Source of the DNA: a virus | Lineage: Duplodnaviria > Caudoviricetes | IMG/VR virus record: IMGVR_UViG_3300009702_000028 | Coordinates: 1 to 60,775 of that record | Length of the DNA stretch: 60,775 bases | Strand: one strand, 5' to 3' | In this document: positions 46,001 through 55,455 of the stretch, piece after piece | How the letters are laid out: every line of letters starts with the position of its first letter | Numbering within the stretch: the stretch's first letter is position 1 | Position numbers and translations under genes: made by a program | The notes under the pieces: model-generated | What the model was told of the DNA's origin: nothing | The model's input: the letters and a program-made list of their open reading frames with translations, nothing else | Database searches by the model: none

Positions 46001-46835
46001 GTTTCTCAGTGGTGGGGGATCTGTCCCAGGTATAGATGGAAATCTACTACAGAGGATTGCGTTCAAGTATGGCGGAGCTGTTAAGTCCCTCCCTGGTCTA
46101 ACGCAGCGTGTTAAATACCAAGCGGGGGGTAAAGTTAAGCATCTCGATGAAGAACTGAAGCGGGTGCACGAGTCAGCTAAGAGGCATTTTACTCAGAACA
46201 GATTGAAGTTTCGTGTTGGTGGGACTGTTCCCGCATTAGTGGAAGATGGTGAGTTCATCATTCCAGCGGATAAAGCACGTAATTTCATGCCGTTGCTCAA
46301 TGCTATTAACTCAGGTACCCAGAATCAGATCCTTCCTATCATCAATCGTATGAAAGAGATTAAGGGTGCTTTACCTAAAGGAAGACGTAGGGGGTTTGGA
46401 AAGATACCAGGGTATGGTGGGGGTGATCGTCGTCCTATGACTTTACCTTCTGGGTCGTTTGTTGTTAGGAAGGAACGAACAAAAGCTTTCCTACCTATGT
46501 TGAATGCCATGATGGCAGGGAATCAAAACAAGGTATCTGCTCTTCTTAATATCGGAAATGCTCAGAGACGGCTTGGTGGCGCTGTGGGATCCATAAATAA
46601 CAACTACGTGCGTATGCAGGATGGTGGACAGCTCATATCTAACCTACCTAATAAACCTGCAAGTGAACGTCCAGCAAGTGTGCGTCAACAGGAGAGGATT
46701 ACGGAAAAGGTGGCGTTGGACTTAACCATTCAAGGGCAGAATATTGGTACTTTGACGGGTGATCGTAAGACTGTTGATTCTGTAGTTCGGTCTCTCAATG
46801 ACCTTTCCAAGACTCTTGGTGGGGGTGGAGTATGA
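43002..46835 (+). CDS. tail tape measure protein (TP901-like)
   Basis: LGATTRFTAVEAAQGL..LAQAG; AGIRGGEAGTALRN; Ala-rich helices; C-terminal GG.VP motifs. Confidence 0.93.
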   Translation: MAESVIEVILRARNASRQAFTQLKRDIGGVQQETTDAAASAKELESNLNVAGRANISRAGRGVGNLADQLQRAQRQSRELESRLNRIAEVGGRVGRALTGIGAAGSALFGTSVVQASNLSTALSQVQAVSGATATDLTTLEATTRNLGATTRFTAVEAAQGLVFLAQAGLSVSEANQALAGTLQLASAGGLSLAQASDIATNVLAAFQLKVSDLGKVNDTLAFTASNANTNVSQLAEAFKAVGPIANSIGLNIQQVSGTLAVLADAGIRGGEAGTALRNIFLRLQNPPKAAADALERLGVAVIDIEGNTRPTLDVLNDLGKAQISAADAADIFGLRAAAAGTVLVSNFDKAKASVEELGISSEGAAARIATLRENNLEGDFRKLTSAINDLFIEIGQSLAPSLRNLVQKLTQVAAGISDFFKSLSEGGQQFIVISAAAAALVTVLGIVVIAFSGLASLIAPFAASLLGVGAAGSAAAAGATAAGAGATAAATGATAATGAFGALRAALIAVRSAFLPLAAFSVGAALGGPALELLLTRLDQLHNIFTILGSDIEDAIGINPFSIINEGLGSLLKLFGQLIPTVAESRTKLGALGDAAIVSNLARIDQSLDAVFKKAQETDLINVDTIREQSRQARTEIALFRNDLRQGVIDQEDSARLLNTIIQGIQDQGKLGILDPAAVKSQVDEAISEVERLQRGLREGTVDVGDVQAVSSRLRDAFTVPLQQAFQARETIQNEANRKLQQFINEENAIQKAGLEERLANLQALQAQNEALVEASTKRIADIRKRNAALQTEGSALRVQIAAENAQRIIAIENDIRNAVLGSTQEQQSVFAQIASVRASIAIADKAAANATTEAERKKAQAALDSAREIANQITDRDQQITQLRLIQRAEENVAKQSLNKAESERKATEEIKKTKDQRVKEQAAVDITKKKIEELQAKIKTLSTAKINVDAQTSAAERKLNTVSEIINRRIPDSKSVDIVVNVRRGAQEGGIVLPNDLFLSGGGSVPGIDGNLLQRIAFKYGGAVKSLPGLTQRVKYQAGGKVKHLDEELKRVHESAKRHFTQNRLKFRVGGTVPALVEDGEFIIPADKARNFMPLLNAINSGTQNQILPIINRMKEIKGALPKGRRRGFGKIPGYGGGDRRPMTLPSGSFVVRKERTKAFLPMLNAMMAGNQNKVSALLNIGNAQRRLGGAVGSINNNYVRMQDGGQLISNLPNKPASERPASVRQQERITEKVALDLTIQGQNIGTLTGDRKTVDSVVRSLNDLSKTLGGGGV

Positions 46836-47590
46836 GTATTCTTACTCTTAATGGGATCACGCTGAATAATAATTTGTTTTGGGAAGATAGATGGTCTTTT
46901 CAGACAGCGGATAAGACGGTCACGCGTACGCTAGGGGGTAATGTTGTAACCTTCAATGCGTCTCTTATCAAAGGGCGTCCTATTACGTTGGTTGCGACTG
47001 AAGACCAGGGATGGTTGACCTTGACTCAAGTCGAACAGATGGCAGCATTAGCTGACGTGGCAGGAGCTATTTATTCTCTAGTGATCCCACGTCTGGGTAC
47101 TCAGTTACTTGATCAACCTACATTTGATCAGGTTGGTACGTGGGTTGTGGTAGCCCCATGGAGTATCGCAAATGGTTACGCGACAATAGATGGGAGCCAA
47201 GTGGGTGCGGTTTCCATTTCACAAGCAGGTATTAGCAATAGAGACAATTCTAAGTATGAAGTTAAGTATCGTGTCTCTGGTTATACTGCGGGAACAGTAA
47301 CCCCAGGGTTTATTACAGTTGCAGGCACCCCGGTGTCTAGTGATGGGGTATTCACTGAGGTGATTCAAGAAGACAATGTGGGGGGTGTTGGGACGTTTTC
47401 TATGTCTGCTGATTCTGCGTTCATAGGGCAAATAGATTATGTTGAACTGCGGTTACTGACTGAAATAACCGAGAATGTGCAGTTTAGACATGATGAAGCC
47501 CCTGCGTTCAATGCAGTACCATTGATTCCTCGACAGATGGCCCAGTCTGCTGACTACTTTACGGCTACTATCAAATTGATGACGGTTTAG
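46832..47590 (+). CDS. distal tail (Dit)-like protein with an inserted beta-rich domain
   Basis: L.WEDRW...RTLGG...GRPITL after the tape measure gene. Confidence 0.55.
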   Translation: MSILTLNGITLNNNLFWEDRWSFQTADKTVTRTLGGNVVTFNASLIKGRPITLVATEDQGWLTLTQVEQMAALADVAGAIYSLVIPRLGTQLLDQPTFDQVGTWVVVAPWSIANGYATIDGSQVGAVSISQAGISNRDNSKYEVKYRVSGYTAGTVTPGFITVAGTPVSSDGVFTEVIQEDNVGGVGTFSMSADSAFIGQIDYVELRLLTEITENVQFRHDEAPAFNAVPLIPRQMAQSADYFTATIKLMTV

Positions 47591-47599
47591 GAGTAACCC

Positions 47600-48655
47600 A
47601 TGCCAATCGTACGAGCTGATCTCAAGGTGTATGCACCAGAGTTCATCAATGACACCAGTAGTAACGGTGGTAGGATGACTTCCAATCAACTCGTCTCTGG
47701 TGTAGTTGGTAATGTATTCCCTAATGCGGCGGAAGCAGAGCGTCTCGCTGGGTCACAGAAGTTCAGAAAGCTGTACTTCAAAAATGCTGAAGCAACGACT
47801 CCTCAGGGGCTCCCTTTGTTGAACTCCGTGATTTATCAGGAGAATTACACGCAAGGCGACGATGACGTATATTTCTGGTTAGGGGATCAGATAGACGTTC
47901 AGTCTGCGTGGGAGCCTATTACTGGGGATCTTCCAGTCAACACCCCTAATTCTAGGTTTTATGCATCAGGTCAATTGAATGCAGATATTCTCGCTGGGGC
48001 AACCACTCTTGCCGTCACTGTTCACAGCCATACGGGAGGCAATCAACCAACTGTATTCGCTGATGGGGATAGTATCCGTATCTCTGATCGTACTGATGTT
48101 GATGATGTTGCTAACAACGAAGTCTTCGCCACTATTGCAGTTGGCGGCGTCTCAGGACCAGTTGGTAATGTGTGGACGCTCACCGTTACCGCCCCCATTG
48201 GACCCGCCTTCCTTGCGGCGAGTACACGGGTGGCTTCTGTTCTCCCGGTGGGGACTTTGGTCGGTACATTTTCCAACTTTGTAGTCACTTCTGGGGCAGG
48301 CACTTTTGATGAGGTGACCAATCCGCTTGAGATGGACAATGAGGGTACAGTCAATGACGGTTGGACAATCACGTTTTCTGATGCAACGAACTTCACATGT
48401 GTCGGTGCCATCGAGGGAAGTGTCGGTGCTGGCACAATCGGTAGCAACTTCGCCCCCGTTAACAGCAATTTCGGGAAACCCTTCTTCACCCTTCCAGCCG
48501 CTGGTTTCGGAGGAACGTTCTCAGGAGGTGACACTATTACCTTCGACACTGCTCCAGCCGCAGCAGCAGTCTGGTGTTTCAGAGACATCCCAGCCGGAAT
48601 AGCATCAGTCACTGGTAACAGGGCAATTCAGGTGCTTCAGGGTGAGTCACCGTAA
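47600..48655 (+). CDS. tail/baseplate structural protein
   Basis: NGGRM...NVFP...ERLAG..KFRKLYFKN...AVW.FR.IPAG. Confidence 0.6.
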   Translation: MPIVRADLKVYAPEFINDTSSNGGRMTSNQLVSGVVGNVFPNAAEAERLAGSQKFRKLYFKNAEATTPQGLPLLNSVIYQENYTQGDDDVYFWLGDQIDVQSAWEPITGDLPVNTPNSRFYASGQLNADILAGATTLAVTVHSHTGGNQPTVFADGDSIRISDRTDVDDVANNEVFATIAVGGVSGPVGNVWTLTVTAPIGPAFLAASTRVASVLPVGTLVGTFSNFVVTSGAGTFDEVTNPLEMDNEGTVNDGWTITFSDATNFTCVGAIEGSVGAGTIGSNFAPVNSNFGKPFFTLPAAGFGGTFSGGDTITFDTAPAAAAVWCFRDIPAGIASVTGNRAIQVLQGESP

Positions 48656-48657
48656 TT

Positions 48658-48671
48658 TGCAACTAGGTGCA
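48658..48671. repeat. palindrome TGCAACTAGGTGCA
   Basis: One-mismatch copy that fills almost the whole 18-bp intergenic gap. Confidence 0.75.
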
Positions 48672-48673
48672 CA

Positions 48674-49654
48674 ATGGCGCGACTCACGACTACCGTACAG
48701 GTACCGTTCTCTGAAGAGATTGGCTTTGGTGGAGGACGGTTACTGTGGGAGACACAAGCTGGTTTTTCGTTAGGTAATAACGATGACGTACGCCTATATC
48801 CCGCTACTGGACTTCAGGGTCTCAGAGTACGGGCGAACATAGGTAACGTTCTACGGGGGGCCTTCGGGTCCTTTAGTTGTACTGAGGCAGTTCAATTTTC
48901 AGGGGGCACTACTGCTACCACTAAGTACCCTATTACTGGGGGATTCGGTTTTCAGTCCTTCGGTATGTTGTTTGATTCTGACGGTAACTTGGTTGGGGGT
49001 GGGGTAGGCTTAGATGTACCCACTCCAGGTTCTGGAGGTAGCGGGACGACTCGGCTTCAACTTAGGGGCACTCGCAACGGGGTAGAGTCGAACATCGCTA
49101 TCTATGGCCACATGGAGGTGAACTACACCACTAACTATTACGTTTATCACTATGAGCCACTGATTGAGATTATTACTGGGGCTCGTGGTGTAATCGGTAC
49201 CCGTGTTACAAAAGGATTCATTGGTGCGTTTGAGAACGGTAACGTTGCGTTATATGAAGTCCCACTGACCACGTTTGAGGTAGAGGATGACAAGGAGGTC
49301 TATCGAGTCATCTCAAAAGCTGTCGTGAATTCTGAAGATACTTATGAATTTCCGCCTGATTGGACAGGTCAGGCTGGCAGTCCCACGTTTTCTGACGGTA
49401 AGCCTGATCCTGCTCTACCCAGTATTACGCATGAGCGCATTCATGAGCAGGGGCTATTGACTGCGGGGGGGTCGTTTTACCATCGACGGTTCAATGTGCG
49501 CAAAGAGACTCCTTTCTTTGGATCTGGGAGTTACAGACCAGAGTTTGAAATCCGTATTGCTACCCCAGGTAGTGGGGGTGTCACGGTAGAAGACTTAGCA
49601 CAACCTAGTGTTCAGTCTGGTATAACGGATGCTCAACAAAGGTTCGGTATCTGA
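48674..49654 (+). CDS. putative tail protein
   Basis: Long Gly/Thr-rich ORF in the tail module. Confidence 0.55.
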   Translation: MARLTTTVQVPFSEEIGFGGGRLLWETQAGFSLGNNDDVRLYPATGLQGLRVRANIGNVLRGAFGSFSCTEAVQFSGGTTATTKYPITGGFGFQSFGMLFDSDGNLVGGGVGLDVPTPGSGGSGTTRLQLRGTRNGVESNIAIYGHMEVNYTTNYYVYHYEPLIEIITGARGVIGTRVTKGFIGAFENGNVALYEVPLTTFEVEDDKEVYRVISKAVVNSEDTYEFPPDWTGQAGSPTFSDGKPDPALPSITHERIHEQGLLTAGGSFYHRRFNVRKETPFFGSGSYRPEFEIRIATPGSGGVTVEDLAQPSVQSGITDAQQRFGI

Positions 49655-51540
49655 TGCCTGCGGTTGTTCACAGTATGGTTCAAGATGTGCCTGAAGGTCG
49701 CATCATTCAGTTCGTTTTGGGGGGAAATAGAGGAGTTATCCTTCGGGCTATATCGGATCAATCTCCTAATGGGTATGGTGCCCCTTTCAGGGACTCCCAA
49801 GGGGCTTTGAATAATCCACCCTTGGGGGTACAGAACGGCAACCCCTATCAGATACTTATGGAGAACCCAGATGGTGCACCTCCCGCTACGTTTAAGTATG
49901 GGATAGATACGAACATTGGGGTTGTATTGTGGCGGTCTGGAAGAAATTCTAACGATGTAGTGTGTATCGTGGGGACTGGAGGTCCTTTTCGAGGGGATAT
50001 CCCTGGTCCTGTAGCGACTTCGTATACGCCGGATTTTGCGAATGTTAACCCGTTAGCGGGAATCGATTATTCGATGTACACATTCAATATCACAGGGCAG
50101 CTTCGTAAGGATGGAAGGGATTGGATAAATCTGAATCTTGTAGATTGGGTTTCGTCTTCATTACCTATATCAAATGCTCCTGTTATCTGTGGTGTGGGGT
50201 TGAAGACGATTGACCAGATTGATTACTTATACATGGCGTATCTGTATGAGAGTCCCACTACTAAAGATGAGTTCGTTTTTGGGGTAGCGCGAATCAATTC
50301 TAGTGTGATCAATCAAAGCACTATGATGTATGACCCCGAGATATTTTCAGGAGCGCAGAATACAGGGCCAAACATGGCTGTGCTTGCTGCACAGTGGGTG
50401 AAGTTTAATTCGGATTGTACTGAGCTGTGTTTCATTGGGATGACCCCCCAACCTTCAGGCGTAGATCCTCTTCCTGCGTTACCTGCTGGGCAGAACTTTC
50501 AAGCTTATGGATCTGTAGGTAAGGCGAATATTACGGGTACTACTTTGGATACCATCACCTTGCATCGTAAGGGGTATGCACGTCGGACATTTCATACGTT
50601 GTTAAGTACGGACACCGAGATAGACATTCCGATTGCATGTGATTACAACGACAGTGATCAGATTGAGTATGTTTCAATTGGGGGGACTCGTGCTCAGGTA
50701 TTTGAAATAACTGAAGTATTAGGGCCTGGAGATCCATTAGGTCCTGAAGGTGATGTGAGTCTTGGTGTCGTAAGTGACATAGGGTCAACTGTATTGAAAT
50801 GGAGTTCTGGTGAGGCTCTTACATTAAGGGATCAGATTTTTACTGGTCCTGATGTAGGGTCTACTTCGAATTTTGATACAGATCAACTATTTCATATTCA
50901 GTGGTTAGAAGTGATCTCTGGGTATTGGAGTGGGGCTTATGAGAATCGTGTACGTACAGAAGAACTCATTAACCTAGTAGATCGTCAGGTCACTATCAGT
51001 TATACCGGAGGGTATAGGGTAGGGAAAAAGAACTCTATTCTTAGCACTTTTAATACGTTGGAAACCAGGTTATTAAGTTTTCAACTTGGCCCTGGGGCTA
51101 TTCAAGATCCTGTATTTATAGATCCCAGTGCGTTTCAATCGAGAACGGACAACTTTTTTACCACCATGGAAAATACCATGGATGGAGTAAGGCTCTTAAC
51201 TCGTGTTTCTGTTTTTGGGGTACTCACACCTACCGGGTATCGTATGCAAGGGTCTCCTCATAATGTCGTAGACATTCCAGAAGAAAGCTTTGTAGTCGAT
51301 ATGGAAGTTATTAGACCAGAGGAGTGGGTAGACACGTTTGTCTCAACAGGGATCTCTCCGAATGACACGCCGTTGGTCAATAATCAAGGGGATCTATATG
51401 ACGATGAGGATCACGTCACAGGTAGATTGCAAGCGTTAGGTTTAGAGAATTATTGGACTGATGGAGATATCCAACTTGCTGTTGGGTTGGGGGTTGTTAG
51501 TGACACGGGAAGGCATGTCGACGTACTAGGTATGGCATAG
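49654..51540 (+). CDS. putative tail protein
   Basis: 628-aa coupled ORF in the tail module. Confidence 0.55.
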   Translation: MPAVVHSMVQDVPEGRIIQFVLGGNRGVILRAISDQSPNGYGAPFRDSQGALNNPPLGVQNGNPYQILMENPDGAPPATFKYGIDTNIGVVLWRSGRNSNDVVCIVGTGGPFRGDIPGPVATSYTPDFANVNPLAGIDYSMYTFNITGQLRKDGRDWINLNLVDWVSSSLPISNAPVICGVGLKTIDQIDYLYMAYLYESPTTKDEFVFGVARINSSVINQSTMMYDPEIFSGAQNTGPNMAVLAAQWVKFNSDCTELCFIGMTPQPSGVDPLPALPAGQNFQAYGSVGKANITGTTLDTITLHRKGYARRTFHTLLSTDTEIDIPIACDYNDSDQIEYVSIGGTRAQVFEITEVLGPGDPLGPEGDVSLGVVSDIGSTVLKWSSGEALTLRDQIFTGPDVGSTSNFDTDQLFHIQWLEVISGYWSGAYENRVRTEELINLVDRQVTISYTGGYRVGKKNSILSTFNTLETRLLSFQLGPGAIQDPVFIDPSAFQSRTDNFFTTMENTMDGVRLLTRVSVFGVLTPTGYRMQGSPHNVVDIPEESFVVDMEVIRPEEWVDTFVSTGISPNDTPLVNNQGDLYDDEDHVTGRLQALGLENYWTDGDIQLAVGLGVVSDTGRHVDVLGMA

Positions 51541-52433
51541 TGGCACTTCAAGCATATGATTTAGAGTGGAGGTATTCTGGGGGTGCAGGGAACATTAACC
51601 CAGAGCTATCCGTTGGTGGTGCAATGGGGGGCAGGATTGATCCTGCTATAGCCACTGGGGGTACTGATATTGCTGGAGTCACCATCTTCAAAGTGTGTGG
51701 TGTGCGGGGAGATAACTACGACGTTAACAATGTTCCTCAACAATTGGTCTATACGTTCTCGGGCACCACGTTAGCGTGGAAGAATATTGTGACTGGGGTT
51801 GTAGGGGCTGCGGTTGATGTATCTGCTGGAGGACGTTTCGTTTTAGAGGCAGACAGTTTTACTACTGGAGGAATGATAGTAGTAGTTGATGTCAATGAAT
51901 CTATTCTTCCTACCGTTGATACCACTAGTGATGTGGTTATTACAGTCAATGATGAGAATCTTTGGGATGATACTCAATCAAGTGAGTTATCTATTGGGGC
52001 AACTGATTACCGATGTATTTACATCTATAACCCCAGCTTGCTTGATACGGCTATTGGAGTGCAGGTACTCAGTGGGGCTAATCCACCTTATGAACCCCGC
52101 AGTGGTTTTCCTGATTTTGCTGCGTTGGCTACAGAGATATCTTTAGATCTTGATACAACGGCTGGAGTTGGGGATGGCATCACAACTGGAGTAGCTCAAG
52201 GGCCGTTGTTATCGTTAGGTGGGATTCCTGCAATGTTAGATCCACAGACGCAAATTCCAGGGTTTGGACTTACGTTTAGTCATGCTGTTAATGCGACTAG
52301 GGTTGCATTCAATTTAGCTTCTTTGGAGGCTCAACCTATTTGGTTACGCAGAGTGATAAGCCCTCAAACTGCTGCTTTGTATGAGGACGTGTACAGTATT
52401 ATCAGAGTTCAGACGTTAGCCCCGGCATTGTGA
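51540..52433 (+). CDS. putative tail protein, paralog A
   Basis: Similar to the next ORF. Confidence 0.6.
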   Translation: MALQAYDLEWRYSGGAGNINPELSVGGAMGGRIDPAIATGGTDIAGVTIFKVCGVRGDNYDVNNVPQQLVYTFSGTTLAWKNIVTGVVGAAVDVSAGGRFVLEADSFTTGGMIVVVDVNESILPTVDTTSDVVITVNDENLWDDTQSSELSIGATDYRCIYIYNPSLLDTAIGVQVLSGANPPYEPRSGFPDFAALATEISLDLDTTAGVGDGITTGVAQGPLLSLGGIPAMLDPQTQIPGFGLTFSHAVNATRVAFNLASLEAQPIWLRRVISPQTAALYEDVYSIIRVQTLAPAL

Positions 52434-52434
52434 C

Positions 52435-53328
52435 ATGGCAGCAGATCCCCGTGATTTAGTCCTGTTCAAATCTACTGATGGTCTTGGATCAGGCGGACCG
52501 GTAGTAACTGATCAGGGTGGTGCTATTGTTATTACTCAGGTAGCGCAACAGGTGATCAATGGTTTAACTTTCATTACTGGTGTGTCGGCTGTAGAAGGTC
52601 GTGGGTTAACACGAGATGAGACTGATGTAGGTGCTGGGGTTAAGGTTTTACGTTATACCGCTGCAACAACTTCGTTGGCTTATAGAGGAATGCGAGGAGC
52701 AAATATAGGGTCATCAACTTTTGGAAGTGAGGTTAATGTTTCTGCTGGAGGTCGATTTGAGATCCCAGAAAATAACCCACAGTCGTTTGATGAAGGGCGG
52801 CGTTTAATTGTTGATGTAGTAGCCGGGTCTCTACCGGGAGTAGATACTCTGGATACGACTATTACTATTATTCCGTCATCTTTGATTGTCTTTCGTAACC
52901 CCACTTCAGTTGATGAAACATTCAATGGGTACGAGATCTATAAATGCTATTACCTAGGTAACATTAATGGAGTGGACACCATTAATAATATTCAGTTGTG
53001 GTTCTCTGATCAGCCGTTCAATACGCTTTATCCTTCCATTGGAGACCAGGTAGCTATGGGGCTGGATCCTGCGGGGATTGGGGATGGGTCAGTTACAGGG
53101 GTGGCCATTGGACCCCTTGCTAATGATAGCGATACAACGACACAGCTATCAGGGGTGACGTTCAGTCAACCTACTACTTCAGCTAAATTAGCTTTAGGCA
53201 ATCTTGCACCAAATGAACGTCAGGCCATATGGTTTCGGGCCACTGTACCCGCCAATACTCCGATTGAGGAGATCGGCAATTTTGATGATGTACAGGGCTG
53301 CATCTCTGTTTGTATGGAGCTACCGTAA
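52435..53328 (+). CDS. putative tail protein, paralog B
   Basis: Similar to the previous ORF. Confidence 0.6.
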   Translation: MAADPRDLVLFKSTDGLGSGGPVVTDQGGAIVITQVAQQVINGLTFITGVSAVEGRGLTRDETDVGAGVKVLRYTAATTSLAYRGMRGANIGSSTFGSEVNVSAGGRFEIPENNPQSFDEGRRLIVDVVAGSLPGVDTLDTTITIIPSSLIVFRNPTSVDETFNGYEIYKCYYLGNINGVDTINNIQLWFSDQPFNTLYPSIGDQVAMGLDPAGIGDGSVTGVAIGPLANDSDTTTQLSGVTFSQPTTSAKLALGNLAPNERQAIWFRATVPANTPIEEIGNFDDVQGCISVCMELP

Positions 53329-54647
53329 TGCAACTTTTTACGAATAACGCCACTGGTTTACTTGCGTCAGGAATTACCGCAGTAGCTACTACGTTCTCTG
53401 TGGGTGCGGGTGAAGGTGCATTCTTTCCTGCTATTACGGCTAATAGCACTGATTATTGTTTCATTACGTTGGACGATGGATCAGGGAACATTGAGATCGT
53501 TAAGGTTACTGAACATACGGCAGCGAGTGATACGTTTCAGGCCGTAGTTCGGGCTCAGGAAAGTACGACTGCGTTTGCGTTCCCTTTGGGTTCAGCGGTA
53601 GAGATGCGTTTAACCGTTGGAGGTATCAACGACTTCATTAAGACTAACCTGAACACTGTAGTGGGGACTGAACATAATGCTTTGGGTTCCAATGCCATTG
53701 ATATCCAGCTTTCCAGAGCTGCTGTTACTGAAGTGGCGTCTGGATCAGATTCAATTGCAATAGGTCGGGACAATACGGTAGCGGGTGCAGATAATATCGG
53801 CATCGGTAGAGGTATCAGTACCGGATCTAATCTAGATAACATTATGATTGGAAATGTTGTCCAAGCTAGTACCGCAGCAAGTGCCAATTCTTTGAGTATT
53901 GGAGCTGCAACTTCTGTTTCAGGACTTAACAATGTGGTGTTAGGTCCTGGGTCTCAGGCAGGGGCAGCTTCTTATGCTTCTAATAATAACAACATAGCTA
54001 TTGGTAATAGCACTGTTGTAGGGGTTACGTCTCAAGCTGGGGCCAATGTAGCTATTGGGTACTATGCTGGGGTTGGTGGGGGCAATAGAAGCATTGTAAT
54101 AGGTAACAATGTGTTTTCTCCTTTTGGTTGGACAGGAGATCAAGGTGTAGCAATTATTGCAGCAACTCAAGCTGTTCATGTTGGTGATTCAAATCTTGTT
54201 GGAGGTAACAATGACAGGATTGATCATAGTGCTGCACAGTCCATCATTATGTCCCCCATTGTAGATCTCACTGCTATAGGGTCCTTCGATATCACTCCTG
54301 TATTTCAAACGCCTGGAGCGGGCGTCGGGGGTATGTCATTTTATGTAGATGAGATTGGGATTGTTCTCTCCAACGCCCCAGGCGCACCAGGACCCCCTAA
54401 GACACAACCATCGGTATCAACTCTACCTACCATCACCTTCGGCTTTGGGAGCGCGGGAGCGCAGCTTCTAGGGGCTACAGCAGTAACTGGATTGGCCTCC
54501 CTCTTGGACCGTCAGGTGTTTACCCCGCTTACTCCTAATGGAACGCGTAGCCTCGGGTTTGATATCACCATAGCGGGGACTGCGGGAGGTACTGGGGCCT
54601 TGCACGGGCGATTCTACTTCAAAGGTTTTGCTGCCTTAGATAACTGA
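53328..54647 (+). CDS. tail fibre/adhesin with YadA-head-like repeats
   Basis: FTNNA...LASGI...EIVKVT...RAQE.T N-terminus; repeated SIAIG/NIGIG/NIAIG. Confidence 0.65.
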   Translation: MQLFTNNATGLLASGITAVATTFSVGAGEGAFFPAITANSTDYCFITLDDGSGNIEIVKVTEHTAASDTFQAVVRAQESTTAFAFPLGSAVEMRLTVGGINDFIKTNLNTVVGTEHNALGSNAIDIQLSRAAVTEVASGSDSIAIGRDNTVAGADNIGIGRGISTGSNLDNIMIGNVVQASTAASANSLSIGAATSVSGLNNVVLGPGSQAGAASYASNNNNIAIGNSTVVGVTSQAGANVAIGYYAGVGGGNRSIVIGNNVFSPFGWTGDQGVAIIAATQAVHVGDSNLVGGNNDRIDHSAAQSIIMSPIVDLTAIGSFDITPVFQTPGAGVGGMSFYVDEIGIVLSNAPGAPGPPKTQPSVSTLPTITFGFGSAGAQLLGATAVTGLASLLDRQVFTPLTPNGTRSLGFDITIAGTAGGTGALHGRFYFKGFAALDN

Positions 54648-54660
54648 TGAAGATTATCTA

Positions 54661-55455
54661 TTGAGCACGCTTTTCTTAACAGGTCTTCCCCGCTCAGGGT
54701 CTACGCTGCTGGCTAATATGCTGCGTCAGAATCCTATGTTTAGTGGAGGAGAGACCAGTCCTCTCTTGGAGATGGTGAATGGGGCTAGAAGTGCAGCGCT
54801 GAAGAGTGAGATGTATCGGGCGAGACTCGATGAAACTACTCCAGTGGTTTTAGGGTTAGGTCTTCGAGGATTGATAGATGGTTGGGGAGGGCCGGAGTGG
54901 TACATAGATAAGAATCGTGCTTGGTTGTCTGAATGGGATTTGCTGTCTGGGCTGTTTGATCCTCCTAAAGTCGTCATCATGGTTAGAGATCCTAGAGGTA
55001 TTTGTGCGTCTCTGGAAAAGAGGATGAGGCGACATGGGGTGGAGATGGATCCTGTGATGCAACCAACCATAGATGAAAGGGTATTGAATTGGATGACTCA
55101 AGGGGTTGTCGGGATCAGTTTGAAGCTTGTTTTTGAGTCCGTTAAGAGAGGATTTATAACATCTTGTCATGTCGTGCGAGCAGAGGATTTGACTCAGAGT
55201 CCAGGTGAAGTGATACAGGGCATATACAGGTATATCGAGAAGCCTTTATATGATCATGATATGGAGTTCGTGGACCAAGTGATCTATGAGCATGACATTG
55301 CTTACGGTATGCGTGGATTGCATGACATTAAAAATACCATTTGTCCCATAGCTGAGGATTTTGTGGAAGTGCTGGGGGAGGATGTCTGTGCTAGGCTCCG
55401 AGCCAATAATTCTTGGTTCTATGATTTGTTTTACCCGGATCGACAATGGCAATAA
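54661..55455 (+). CDS. sulfotransferase family protein
   Basis: 5'-PSB loop TGLPRSGSTLL; IDKNR; 3'-PB VRDPRGICAS. Confidence 0.88.
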   Translation: MSTLFLTGLPRSGSTLLANMLRQNPMFSGGETSPLLEMVNGARSAALKSEMYRARLDETTPVVLGLGLRGLIDGWGGPEWYIDKNRAWLSEWDLLSGLFDPPKVVIMVRDPRGICASLEKRMRRHGVEMDPVMQPTIDERVLNWMTQGVVGISLKLVFESVKRGFITSCHVVRAEDLTQSPGEVIQGIYRYIEKPLYDHDMEFVDQVIYEHDIAYGMRGLHDIKNTICPIAEDFVEVLGEDVCARLRANNSWFYDLFYPDRQWQ

